Source: Rhina ancylostomus
Taxonomy: Eukaryota
NCBI GenBank assembly: GCA_030265395.1
Contig: JARFYF010000053.1
Coordinates: 27,670,061 to 27,734,060 of the forward strand
DNA: 64,000 nucleotides
Reading direction: 5' to 3'
A program made the position numbers and the translations under genes. Positions 37,921 through 50,300 of the stretch are shown here, one piece after another (position 1 is the first letter of the stretch; each line of letters opens with the position of its first letter). The notes below the pieces were generated by a model. The model saw only the letters and a program-made list of their open reading frames with translations. It was not told where the DNA came from and ran no database searches.

Positions 37921-38096
37921 AAGAAACAGGTACAGATCAAAGTCAAGTGGAACAAGAGAGAGACAATTGAGAAAACAATAATCTAAGAATGGTGTGCATA
38001 AAGTTATTGCTTTGTATGTGAAACTTACTTGTGTATAAAATCATTATAATTTAGGTGCTCCATGCTGACTTTCATTTGTCATTTCTTTCAAGGAAC

Positions 38097-38305
38097 ATGA
38101 ACAACTTTAAAGAGCTTATGAAACAATTTCAGAAGCCATTTCAAATTCTGCTTCACACACTCACCTTGGGCACGTCGGGATCTACCAGTGCATTTCGCGT
38201 TCTACAGCGTATCCAGTCAAAACAGTCTCTTCATTGGAGAACCTTCACAGAGACACTGTGCCAACCTGAGCCATTTTTGGAAGGGAATGAGCAGAAGCTA
38301 AGTCT
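38097..38305 (+). CDS. FANCE: FANCE coding exon 1 (MNNFKELMKQFQKPFQILLHTL..LCQPEPFLEGNEQKLS)
   Basis: Acceptor tttcaag|gaacATG; donor ct|gtaaga (phase 2). WRTFTETLCQPEP parallels human WGRLLEALCREEP. Confidence 0.82.
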
Positions 38306-41300
38306 GTAAGAGCCTTTAAGAAATATTAATTCACATACAAAATGATGACAGGGCACTATAAGCTGGATCCAAGGAGGATGTCTCTCCCTGGCTGGGTTTT
38401 GTCTAGAACCAGGATTCAGGGTTTCAAGATACATTTAGCACAGATGAGGAGAAATTTCTTCATTGTGAGGTTGGTAAAGCTCAAGCACTACCATTAGAAA
38501 CATCTAACTTATTGCTGTGCACAAATGGATTGGCCTGTTTGCTTACACTATAACAATGACTCCACCAAAAGTGTGGTGGCATTTTCTGAAGATGGGATAG
38601 GTGGTATATAAATGCAGGCTCCTTCCTAATTTGAGAGTCATAAGGTGTTACTCTCTATGTATCTTTCTTAATCACTTGTCACATTTTCAAATGGTGGAGG
38701 GCAGATGTTACATGATAAAGTTAGAAGTGGGGAAGTCACAAATGTAAAATGAAATAGTGGAGAATGTGATGGCAGGGTGAGTATCCAGAAAAAAAAACAC
38801 ACATCTCTTTGAAGTGGTGAGGGGTGGCCACCAAAAAAAAAGTTTGTGAATCTCTAGGCCACATTATTGCTTACTCAGGGCAAAAAAATGTCTCATTTTT
38901 GGGTATCTTCATTTGATTAAAAAATTGGGATATATAAAACTACTTAGTGATGCTTTCCCCTTGAGTTTGATAACTTCATGATCCATCTTTCTGATAAAGA
39001 TTCTTTGTAACTTTCTATGTTTTCCCAGACCTTTTGTCTTTGTATTTTTGGCCTCCCCAATCCCATTTCTTATCCCCGTTCTATGATCATAGGTTTTGCT
39101 TTTACTAATTATGAGAAGCACCTTAGAAATGCAAATTGCCACATGTGGGAATCATTTAAACAATTCTCCCATCATTCAGACAGAATGAAAAAGAACATCA
39201 ATGCACTCCTCTGTCCTTATAGACAAAATCTCCTTGGTTAATTCTGGGCATTTAGAAATAAAGTGCTAAATGAATTCTTTCCCCTTATCATGATCACCTG
39301 CATAAGAGCGTGTCTGGCACTTTCCCAGGTAGCTGTTCATGGTTGAGTTTGGACAGTAAATGCCATCATCTCTTGGGTAAACCCATTCCTGCATATACTT
39401 GGTATGACTACATATCTAGCAAGATCATGATACCACAATAGCCTTCTTTCTACCAAGCCCTCACCCTGGAGATGCTGAAAATTGTTGTACACTCTACCAC
39501 TGATTCTGTTAACTTGGCTCAGATCACACCTCCTGGGACTTGCAGAACTAGGTAAGTCTTTAACCATGTGGATGCCAGTTTACTCCAAATGCTTGATATT
39601 CTCATAATTTCACTTTCTGTGCAGTTAAAGCAACATAAAGCTACTTACATTTCTCCATTTCATACTGAAATTATCTCTGTTCAGATTGGACTCCTACACT
39701 TAAACAGGAATTCCAGAAATGAAAATTTTTCCCTACCATCTCTACTTATGTAATTTTAGTAACATGTAATTAGAGAATTAGATATTCATTGGGTAGTTAA
39801 TTAAAATGCAATGCAAGTGATTTGTGATTAATACAATACTCTAGATTTCCACTGTTCCTGCAGTATTTTGTTACTTAGCCAGCAATTGACCTTGGCATAA
39901 ATGCAAGAGGTCACAGAATTTGTGGAAAGTTGTGATAACAGCATTTTGTCTATCAACTGTTTACCAATAGTTTCATTTTTGTTTTCCTCTTTTAGAAAGC
40001 CACTGTTTTACCTTTTACCAGTACTGGTCAGAAGAAACCTCTTATCATTTCTTCACTTGGCCAGTAGTTATGTACCTAAAGACTGTCTGCATCATCTCAT
40101 CTCACAGTTAAGGAAAAACCTGGACACTGATCTCTGGATACAGAAATTAATTGACGTCCTGGAGCAAGACTTAGAAGTTGGATCGATTTATTTGAAGTCA
40201 AGTTCACATTCAAACAGGTTTCAGAAGCAATTGAAATATCTCTGTCAAAAACTGGTTGGAAATTCTGAAGATCTTTCAGGTGCTGAGAAAAGGTTGGGTT
40301 GGTACTATAATCAACAAAATGTCAGCAGTGATAAATCATCTGAAGGTACAGAAGACAATATAACATTAACACAGAACTCAAAAAAACGAAAAGATGTTCT
40401 GAAAGATGCATCACTTTTGGAAGATGATGAGCAAAATATAACAAAGAAAATAAAACTAGCAGAGGACATTGTCTGTTTGGAACCCTTTATTATAAATGAG
40501 AACCAGGATGTAACTTCAAACTCGGAAAACATGAAGCTTATCCGCACACACCTGCAAAACAAGATGGGCATTGTTGAAGTAGAGCAGAACGTCCTTCCAA
40601 AAAAAGAGACAAAGGTTGATCTACCTGAACATATCAAGGTATGAATAAAATGTATTTAAATAGACATAGAGGATGCTTGACTGAAGCCATTAATCCAGAC
40701 TTTGTTGAATGGAGTCTGGCACTCACATTCACTCCTTTTCCTGAGCTTACTTGGTTTGGATTCACAAGGATGAATTTGCTAGGCGGAAGAATACAGGAGT
40801 GGAGTACACTAAATGATTTGCAAACTAAAATTGCTTTCAGTCTGAGCAGTTTTCCTAACTGCATCCTAGTCTTTGCCAGTATTTACTCTGTATGTTAGAA
40901 CACCTTGATGCCTCAAATTCCCCTTTCTCCATTCTTGCCAATGCTCTTCCATGCTCCTTCTGGTCCTGTCCCAGTGACTCCATATGACTTCAGGAAACAG
41001 GGCATTAATTTTGCCTTGAGGTGTAAACTATTTTCCCCTGGAACAAGATCCTTCTCTTTGACCTCGCACTGACATTCTGAATTTGATAGCAAAGAATGAT
41101 TTAAAATATTAATAAGGAAGGAAAAATTAGAGAAGGAGACCGAAGTGGTTCTGAGCAAATATCTGGAGTAGTGGGCTGACAAGTTTCTAGGTCCTGATGT
41201 TTATCATCAGGGGTTAAAGGAAATGGCTGGTGAGATAGTTGATGATTTGGTTGTAATTTTTCAAAATTCCCTTGACACTGAGAAGGTTCCATTAGGTTGA

Positions 41301-44300
41301 AAAATAGTTAGAAATGGGAAGTTGAGATTACAATGAGACCAGCCATGAACTTATTGAATGAACAGGTATATTTGCAGGACTGAGACATCTATTTCTAATG
41401 CAAATGTTTGTACATATGATGAACAAACAGAGAGAAAGCAGACTGTGGGAATAAATGAGCCATTTTCTGGTTGGCATGTTCTCTTGACTGGAACCGATCA
41501 GTACTTGGGCCTCTTTTATTCACAATTTGCATCAATCACTTGAATGAAAGTACAGAGATGGCTGGATCACTAAGTGGTGAAAGATCAAAGAGACTGCAAA
41601 GGCTGCCTACATTGGAAAGGAAAATAGAAAAACAGATTTTTTTATGATGAGAAACTGAGAGATCTTGCTATTCCAAGAGACCTGTGTGTTTTTATTCTCA
41701 ACCTATATAACAGACACACCAAGAAATTATATTTGTATTTTCATACAACATAAAAGGCCATTTTTGTCCATTGTCTGCTCTCGAGCATTCCCATCAGCCT
41801 CATTTCCCCCACTTACTTCCCAGTAACCTTTTCTCCCTTAAATGTGAAATCAGGTCTTGCCGATCCACCCAGCTATGCAAAGGACAACTTACAGTAGCCA
41901 GTAAACCTACCATCATCACCTCTTTGGAATATGGCAGAAAACCAGAGCACATGCAAGCAAACAGCACCAGGGGTCAGGACTGAAACCCGAATTGCTGAAG
42001 GTGTGAGGCAGCAGCTGTAACTCCTGCACCGCTGCGCTGGCAATTAGGAATGCAAAAAGTTTCATTAAACTGATTCCTCATTTGGAGAGGTTATGCCAGG
42101 AAGAGAAATCACATGGGTTCAACCTTGATTCATCAGTGTTTGGAAGAATGAGGGGTGATCTCATTGAAACATACAACATGCTTAAAGGGAAGATGCTGTC
42201 ACAGTATCAGAATAAGCCATTAGGACCAACATGGGAAGAACTTCTTCATTCAAAAAGTTGTAAATCTAGGAATTCTCAACTCAGACGGCTGTGGATGTTC
42301 ATTGGCTGACCATTTACAAGGCAGAGAAAAAATTATGTATTAGTGCACTTTATGGATATCTCTGTAGAGTATGAAGGTGACATTGAGGTACAAAAAAGGT
42401 AATGACAGAACAGACAAAGGTTTGACTAGCCTGTTTCATATGTTTTTGTGAATATGTGCCAATACGATAGCAAATGCCATTTTTATGCAACCTTTAATGT
42501 AGAAAAAATATCCCAGCCCCTTGACCCCAAACAATTTCAATAATAACATGCAATACTGGTCCCAATCAACTTCAACCCTTCTTACTTGCTGCACCACAAT
42601 GGTCGAATTCATTGCTACGAGTTGTCTTACAAATGGAGTGATGTCTCACCAACCAGTAATGGTTTCCTCAATTCTACTTCATGTACCCTTTATTCTATGT
42701 AGTGTAGCACTTAGTGTAATGCTATTATAGTGCCAGTGACCCGGGTTCAATTCCGGCCACTGTCTGTAAGGAGCTTGTACGTTCTCCCCATGTCTACGTG
42801 GGTTTTCTCTGGTTCCTTCGGTTTCCTCCCACATTCCAAAGACATACGGGTTAGGAAGTTGTGGGCATGCTATGTTAGCGCTGGAAGCGTGCCAACACTT
42901 GTGGGCTGCCCCCCCCAGAACACTCTGCTCAAAAGATGCATTTCACTCTTTGTTTCAATGTACATGTAACTAATAAAGATATTGTAGTGACCTACCTTCG
43001 GGTGAAATGAGCCAGCTCCACAAAATGGTGCCGGGCTTTCTTCTCCGACAAAGAAGACAGAAAGCCCGCACGTAGGAACTGTTTGATGACGTACTGCAGG
43101 CATCACTTCCGCCCGGAGGGGGTGGGATCTGTAACTGGCTTAAAGGGCCAGCATGGGAAGTTTAAAATAAATCAGTCTTGAGCACAGATCTCCAACTGTG
43201 TGTCTCATTCTTAGCTTGATGTGTAGCACCTCACTACAATATCTTGTTTTATCTTTATGTGCTCCTGCCTCCACTACCTTTCGTTGTTTATATTCTTTCT
43301 GTTAAGTAAGTCATCATTCTAATTTAAGAATGTTTACTGAAAACCAAATTGAAAAGCTTAAGTTAGAGAAAGGGGAAGGCATTGGACGGGTTATTTGACA
43401 AAGCAAACCTTGCCAATTTGATATCTGCATATGAACCTTTTTTTTAAACCTGTTGAAGATCTTTATTTCTCTTTAACAGTCTTCAGTATCCATACTGAGA
43501 GATATATTTGAAGCAGACTCAGATGTAAGTATTCTAAGTATTTTTATATAGAAAGCTAAAGATTTGTTTGATACAAGAGTTTATTTATACTGCATAAAAT
43601 AAATATTTTTTCCTCTATTTCATTAATTTTCATCAGTGCATATATTTCTCAACATAAAACATGTTCATTTTCATCTGCTAAATTAGTATTGGCCAGAAAA
43701 TAACTTTTGGGTTATTTGTTAATCGTACCCCCTTTTCTCATATGGCTCCCATGGAACAATAGTTTGAGATTTATTATCAATCTAATGTTCTTCAGAAAAT
43801 GGAATAGCTCTCTGTAGTGTCACCATTATTTTTTTTTAAGAGGACAGCATGTTGTTAGATGGTCCATAGTTTGATCAGAGTTGCCACAGTGACTATCTGC
43901 AGAACTCCTGCACTGTATGCTCATCAAGTGACTACAGTGGCCAGATCTAATTTAGTGCCTTCTGTGTTTTCTCAAGGTAAATCAAAAGGAGACTTTATTG
44001 GTGAATCAGAAATTGTCTATTTTATTCTATGCTTTCCTCTCAGCTACTGCACTGTTGTATCTTAGAAGGGCTTGTACCAGTGTCCACAAAGGTTTCCAGA
44101 AGACCAAATAGTGAACTAGAAGGTTCTCTTAATATCTATGGATGGAGTGGTGCTAGATTACCATTCACGTAAACAACTTCTCTGAATGTAGCATTCTTGC
44201 AGACAATGTCTGGGGAGGAGCATTGGCAAACACGGATAACCATTTAATTCATGTAGATTTCAGGGTTCCAGGGTAGCATACAATGCAGAATTCAAATGGA

Positions 44301-47300
44301 AATCCACAACATTTGGAATGAGTGCTAAGCAGTCCAGATACCTGTATGGTACGAGCTGCTGAGAAACCAGTGCCAAATCAGAGGTCTGGAGTACTCACAT
44401 GGTGGCAATCCAATGTGTTGTGGCCAGTTTCTGTATTATATTTATGCAACTATTAATCTTCACAATGTTTTCTTTAAGAGTTTTTACAGTGCAGTCGAGT
44501 GTCACACCTAGAGACAAAGGAGTTGGTATAATTTTGTAATTTATAATTTTCTCTGAAAACAGTTAGGTTACAATGAGCATGCGCTCTGTGGTGGTTGAGG
44601 TGAGCTGATGGGTTTAGCTGGATTTGGTTGTAGCTTCCACGTATGGAAATACTTTGCATTGTTGACTGTCCTGACATCAATGTGCCTTCAGTTTCATTAA
44701 AGGTCTCTCCGCCTGTGTAATTACTGCCAAATTTCCTTGTAGAGGTAAATATTACATAAATGTTGGAGACCTGAGAAAAGAACACGTCCATGCAGGAGGT
44801 CATTATTTAGAGCCCTTGACCTGCTCATCTTGACTCAGAATGTTGCCTTTGTTGGTCACCCAGACCTTTTCAAGAAAAGTGGAGCAGCCTGGCCTGAAGG
44901 AGAAGATGGAGTGGCCTGAGCAACAGCTACACTTCCAAACAGTTTCATATGCTACAGAAAGATCAATGAATGTGACATTGGTCTTTAGATTGTACTGGAA
45001 GCCAGCTTGATGTTTTCTGTGAGGACAAGCACTCGGTCACTGCAGCTTCAGTAAGGCAGATTAAGCATATTTAAATTTAAGTGCTTTAATTCCAGTGGTG
45101 TACAGGATGTTTATTTTTTAAAATCAAAATCAACCAAATTGTTAAGCTCAAAATGCTGCTGCCTTTCCAAGAACTATGATGACTTATCCACTCCTGAACT
45201 TGCTGACAAATGTCCTTTCCAATCTGTTAGTGCCCACTCTCAGGCAATACACAATTCCAGAATTATAATAACATGACCGTGGCTAGTTCCACTTAACCTC
45301 ATATCTGGGGGAAAATGCACAAGTGTGTGACTAGTAGCAACCTGATAATAGAAATAAAATTAATAATGTAAGTTAAGTGCTGTAATTAGATGTGTGTTGT
45401 TGTTGAGGAAGGAGGCATAAGGATGCACTATTGCAACAGATTGCTCTTTGCTTGTCTGATCAGTGTAGGCTGCCTCCATTTGCTTTCACTTCTGCAGCTG
45501 TATCTACTGCATTCGTGGTAACTGAATTTTATTTTCATTTTAATTTTAGTCCACTCAGGATATGTTCTTCAACTTATGTTTCTTGTGCTTATAATGAATA
45601 CAAACATTATACAAACTGAACTACAGGTTGTTTCTGTCTATAATTTGCTTTTATTAAATAGGTTTTTTTCTCTTTAGAAGTTGGAAACACCTGAAGAGTT
45701 AAATATCCTGAATGAATGTGATCCAAGCCAGGTAGGATCAGATTTTTCTTTAATTATTTCAGCTTATCCATGTTAAGTAATGCTCCATGTTTCCAAGCAT
45801 TATTGATCTAAAGCTTCACTTTTTTGGACAACTCTGGAAAATCGTAGGCTTCTACCTGTCCATAAGATGCTTCCATAGCCGAGGCAGCATTTTCACACCC
45901 CAGGGCAATTTGCATGGAAGAAGCTCTGGCCTTTGGCTGAGGAGCCATGGCAGACCCAGTCTGGAGGATTCTTGGGGAGGAAGTAAGATGGTGAGCTTTG
46001 TGTAGCCACATACTTCCACTCACATGGATCTTTTCCTTTCCACTCCTCACCCAATATTGTTTTCACTGTCAAACAAGACCTATTGCAGGTGGAATTTATG
46101 CTATTAAGAATATCCTATAAAATGAAAATTGGTCAAGATTTAATCTTCCATTTGGTAATACTATAATAATAATGAATTTGGCTTTGAAATATTCTATGTA
46201 AAACTCAGTTAAAGGGCTCAGCCCTGTCCTATCAATGAGCAAATTGCAAAGCTGACAGAGGTATCGTTCAACTTTGAGCTGTCAAGAACTGGGGAGGGTG
46301 CTGTTTATAAGTGTTACACCTTTTTACGCTTCCATGTGAGAAAGTCAACAGAAATATGAAAACTCAGTATCAGAAGTGCACTAGTGCATCCTTGGCTGAA
46401 CTCTGCACGTTTCCACAATTCTATTGGCGGACCACAGTATTTGTTTGACAAAGTAAAATATTGCAGGTACCTCTCAAGTCCTTTCAGCAATGAGTCTGTG
46501 AATCTTTATTGCATAATACTTGCAATAATTGGGGCATTGCATTTGTTGCAGCTGGAGAAACTCTGTTTATTATTGCGGCTCTCCGAACTCTCAGAGCACC
46601 AACTGTCCCTGGCCTGCAACAAAATGATCTCCCTATCTTCTGATCTCAGTTACAGCAATGCAACCGTGCTTGGTCGGACCCTCTTCTTGACACGGGTATG
46701 TTCACTTGTGTGGTATGATCAAAACATTATTTTCTTTTCCATCTCTTCCACTATGTAGTTAATCTATGGCTTTTCAGCCATTGAGATTTGAATGCAAGGT
46801 TTACTGCCTCTGCCGATTTTCAACACCATGGATAGTTTTTTTCAAAAATGTGTTAAGTGATTTGATTTCATCTTTTTAATACGATTGCAGCAGCATACCT
46901 ACTAATAAATGAGCAAATATATTGCAGATCTTGGGACACTTCCAAATAAATTACTGCTTAGGAATGGAGGGATCCAACAGACTGATGGTTCCTGAAGAAA
47001 TTTTCACCTTGCTCACACTAGTTATGTTAGGACAGGAGCACCTCAGACAGAAAATCTAGTTCTTAACTTACCTTCTCTTGAATAGGTTGGTGCAGAGATT
47101 GGTCTTCATGTATATACAATATGTATTAATGTAAGTGATATGCAGCTTTTCCAAATGTTCTGATAGTAAAGACAGAAACACAAGGCTTCGGAGCTTCTTC
47201 GAAATAAAAATAGAAAATACTGAACGTATTCTGCATGTCTGGCAGCCTCTGTAGAAAGAAAAGTAAAACTAATATTTCAGATCCATGTCCTTTCATTGCA

Positions 47301-50300
47301 AAGGCCAGAACATAAGAGGAGGAAAGTCCAAAGGGATACCTGTGATGGGATGGAAGGTAAAGAAGATTAAATGACAAAAGGAGTTGTGTGCAAGGCAAAA
47401 GGAGATGTTAATGGGACATATAAAGAAATAAAATAAGGGTCTGGAGGAGATGTAAACAAGAAAAACAGAATAATTACTAACAGTTACTGTCTGATAAAAT
47501 GGAGAGCTCTGAGCATTGGTTATTTTCTGAAGTTGTTGAACCCAGTAAATGTAGAAGGGTGTAAAGTGCCTAATTGCATGTTGAGGTTCCATACCATGAG
47601 TTTCTGTTGATGTTCATTAGTGCAAAAGGAAGAGTTATTGTGCTGGACTCCAAGCTACAGATGCTAAGCTCTATCAGGGGAGGAGAGAATTAACTGGAGA
47701 AAGGAGTCATAACCCTTAGTTTACTTTAAACCTAAAGGTGGGATGATGAGTCAGCAGGGATGGGGACCTATACACTTTTTGTATGGATGTGATAAAGACT
47801 GTGAGGGAAGGGAAAATTGACCACGTTACAGTGCTGCAGGAAGTTATTACAGTGAGAAGTGATGGAATAAAAATAAATGTAGTTGTTTTAAAGAAATAGA
47901 TACTTTTCATTGCAGCTGCGATTGGAAACCCTGACAACTGTACCAGGGTTAGGGAATCTCTTTGTGCCCAGAGAAGAACTTGGCACTGCAGGGTTCTGGG
48001 TTCCTTTTGTTCCTTACAGGAGTTGGCATCATGGGTAGGTCCAAGAATGATGTTCTCCTGAGAAAATTTGGGAAGTTGGGGACCAAATTAAAAAACAGAA
48101 CTTTAAAAATAAAAACAGAAAATGCTGGAAACACTGGCAACATCAGTGGAAAGAGGAACAGTTAGTGTTTCAGATCTGGGACCCTACATCAGAACTGGTA
48201 AAGAGGGAAAACAAGTTTTAGGTAGCGAAGAAGGTGGAAGAAGGAAATAGGAAATACAGTATCTCTGATCTCATAAGACAGAATGACCTAATATGGCAGT
48301 TTAAAAAATAAAGCTCTTATCTTAACTGCTCCTTATTGCATTTATCATGAACTCTTTTATTTTCATATTGATTTGGTTGAAGAAAAAGGAGTATGTATCA
48401 GTATTGAAGCTGGTATCATCAGAACAGATCTGACACAGACTGTGATACTGAGGGAATGGAAAAAAGTCAATATAAGAACCGAGGTGGGAGGAAAAAATAG
48501 ATCCCATAGATGGAGGTTGTGAAGCCAAGGAAGAGATGTATGTAAAGTTCCTATAGAACCATTTCTCACAAGAGGAACATGGCTTTCAGTCGAGGAAGAG
48601 TTCAATAATGGATATGGATTGTGTATATTTACAGGTACTCTCACTGACAGAGCCTGCATCACGATTTCTAATGGCTGCCATCACTTTGTTCTGCAAGAAA
48701 TATCCACGCCCAATCTGCAGTGCTCTGATTGGGCCACTCCTTCAGACTCCAGACATAGGTAAGGTCAATGTTTGTGTGAGATGTACTGCTAGCTACTAAT
48801 TAGCAATGTCTAACTAAAAATGAGGAAAAACACTGTAACCATACTGAATAATTGGTTAATGCACAAATTAGTTTAATGTTTACTCTTGCCTCTCTTTAAC
48901 TGAGTGCTGATATTCACCTCTAATTCTTCCCATTGTGAGAAAAAGTAGAAGTCATCAGTATTTTTTGGGCAAAATTATGGATTTGAACCTTTGTCTGTTA
49001 TCGTAGTGGAACAAGCACTGAGCAGAACATGGGAATGTAGGAATAGCTAGATGTAAAATATCTTTTATCCATTTAGTTCACCTATCACATGATGGTTACA
49101 TGATACAGCAGTGAAGTTATTGACTGTCATAGCAATCAGTCCCTTGTAGTATAGAATAATTGTTGAGTGAGATATCCTTCCAATAGTTGAAAGGACAAGG
49201 GAGTATAGTCTCTTCCAAGTCTCAGTACAGTCTTGAATAGGTGTAATCTAGTGAAACAATTTGATGAGTCTCTAAGTTACATTTTAGTTTCTAGTCATAC
49301 ACATGAAATCTGCTGAATGACAGTTTCAAAGTTTGATGTCCTGCTTGTGTACCAGCTGTTAGAGGTGTACTGTGTTTTAATAAATTGAGGGTTACTTTCT
49401 TCTGGTTGGTGTTTGTATCACACTAAATCCCCTCAGAAGTAATGTTTGTATTGTCAATACAAGTAACAAATAGAGCAACTTTTCATCTGTGCGGAATTTT
49501 TCTTTCTGTCTGAACCTGCCTCTCCTACGCTCAAGACAGTTGCCTAACTGAGGTTGAGAGATTTCATTATAAGCCTTTACTTACTTGCATATTTTCGTGC
49601 TGTAACACTGTAATTCTAGCAAATGTTAATATCATCTGATCCAGAGCTATAAATTTATGTATCAAATTTTATTAAAATAGCAAAAAAGCTTCATTTTTTT
49701 CAATATAACAGGAAATCCAATGTTTCTGGATTTTTTTTTACAGGAAATGTTCAAGTAGAACTGATATGCAGGCTTATGGAAGACTGCCTCGAACCAGACC
49801 ATTTAACAGTAACTTTTAGGTTCATTTATTCTGTTGTTAATTAAAGTTTATATTTTATGCATACCTTGTACAAATCTCCCTCAAGAAAACATATTTTAAA
49901 TAAATTAAAGTTTTGTGGGGCCAGTTTAGCTTGAAACATTCCATGTTGGTTGATTATCAGATAGTGGTGAACATGCCTTAGCTGAAGGTCTTTATGGTAA
50001 CCACAGAAATAATGCATGAAAAATAAAATTGAGCTAAAAGTATTGGTCACCTCCATTTAAAGACATTTGGGTTTGATTTCTCCTTTTTCAGTTCTGAAAG
50101 AGGGAGAGAAAAAAGTGAAGGATAACTTGTGCAAAACAATTTTAAAACACCACTGTAGAAGGAATTCCTGTGGCTGTGCTATTGGGAACTTAACATTCAA
50201 ATAAGCAAAAGTGAATGTTAAGCATTCATCATTATAGATGGCTTTAACAGCCTTGCCCTACTTACAAACATTCTGCTGCCAAAGAAGTATTCTCTCAACT

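Noticed and set aside
40311-40637. 108-aa antisense ORF
   Set aside because: Shadow of FANCE exon 2.
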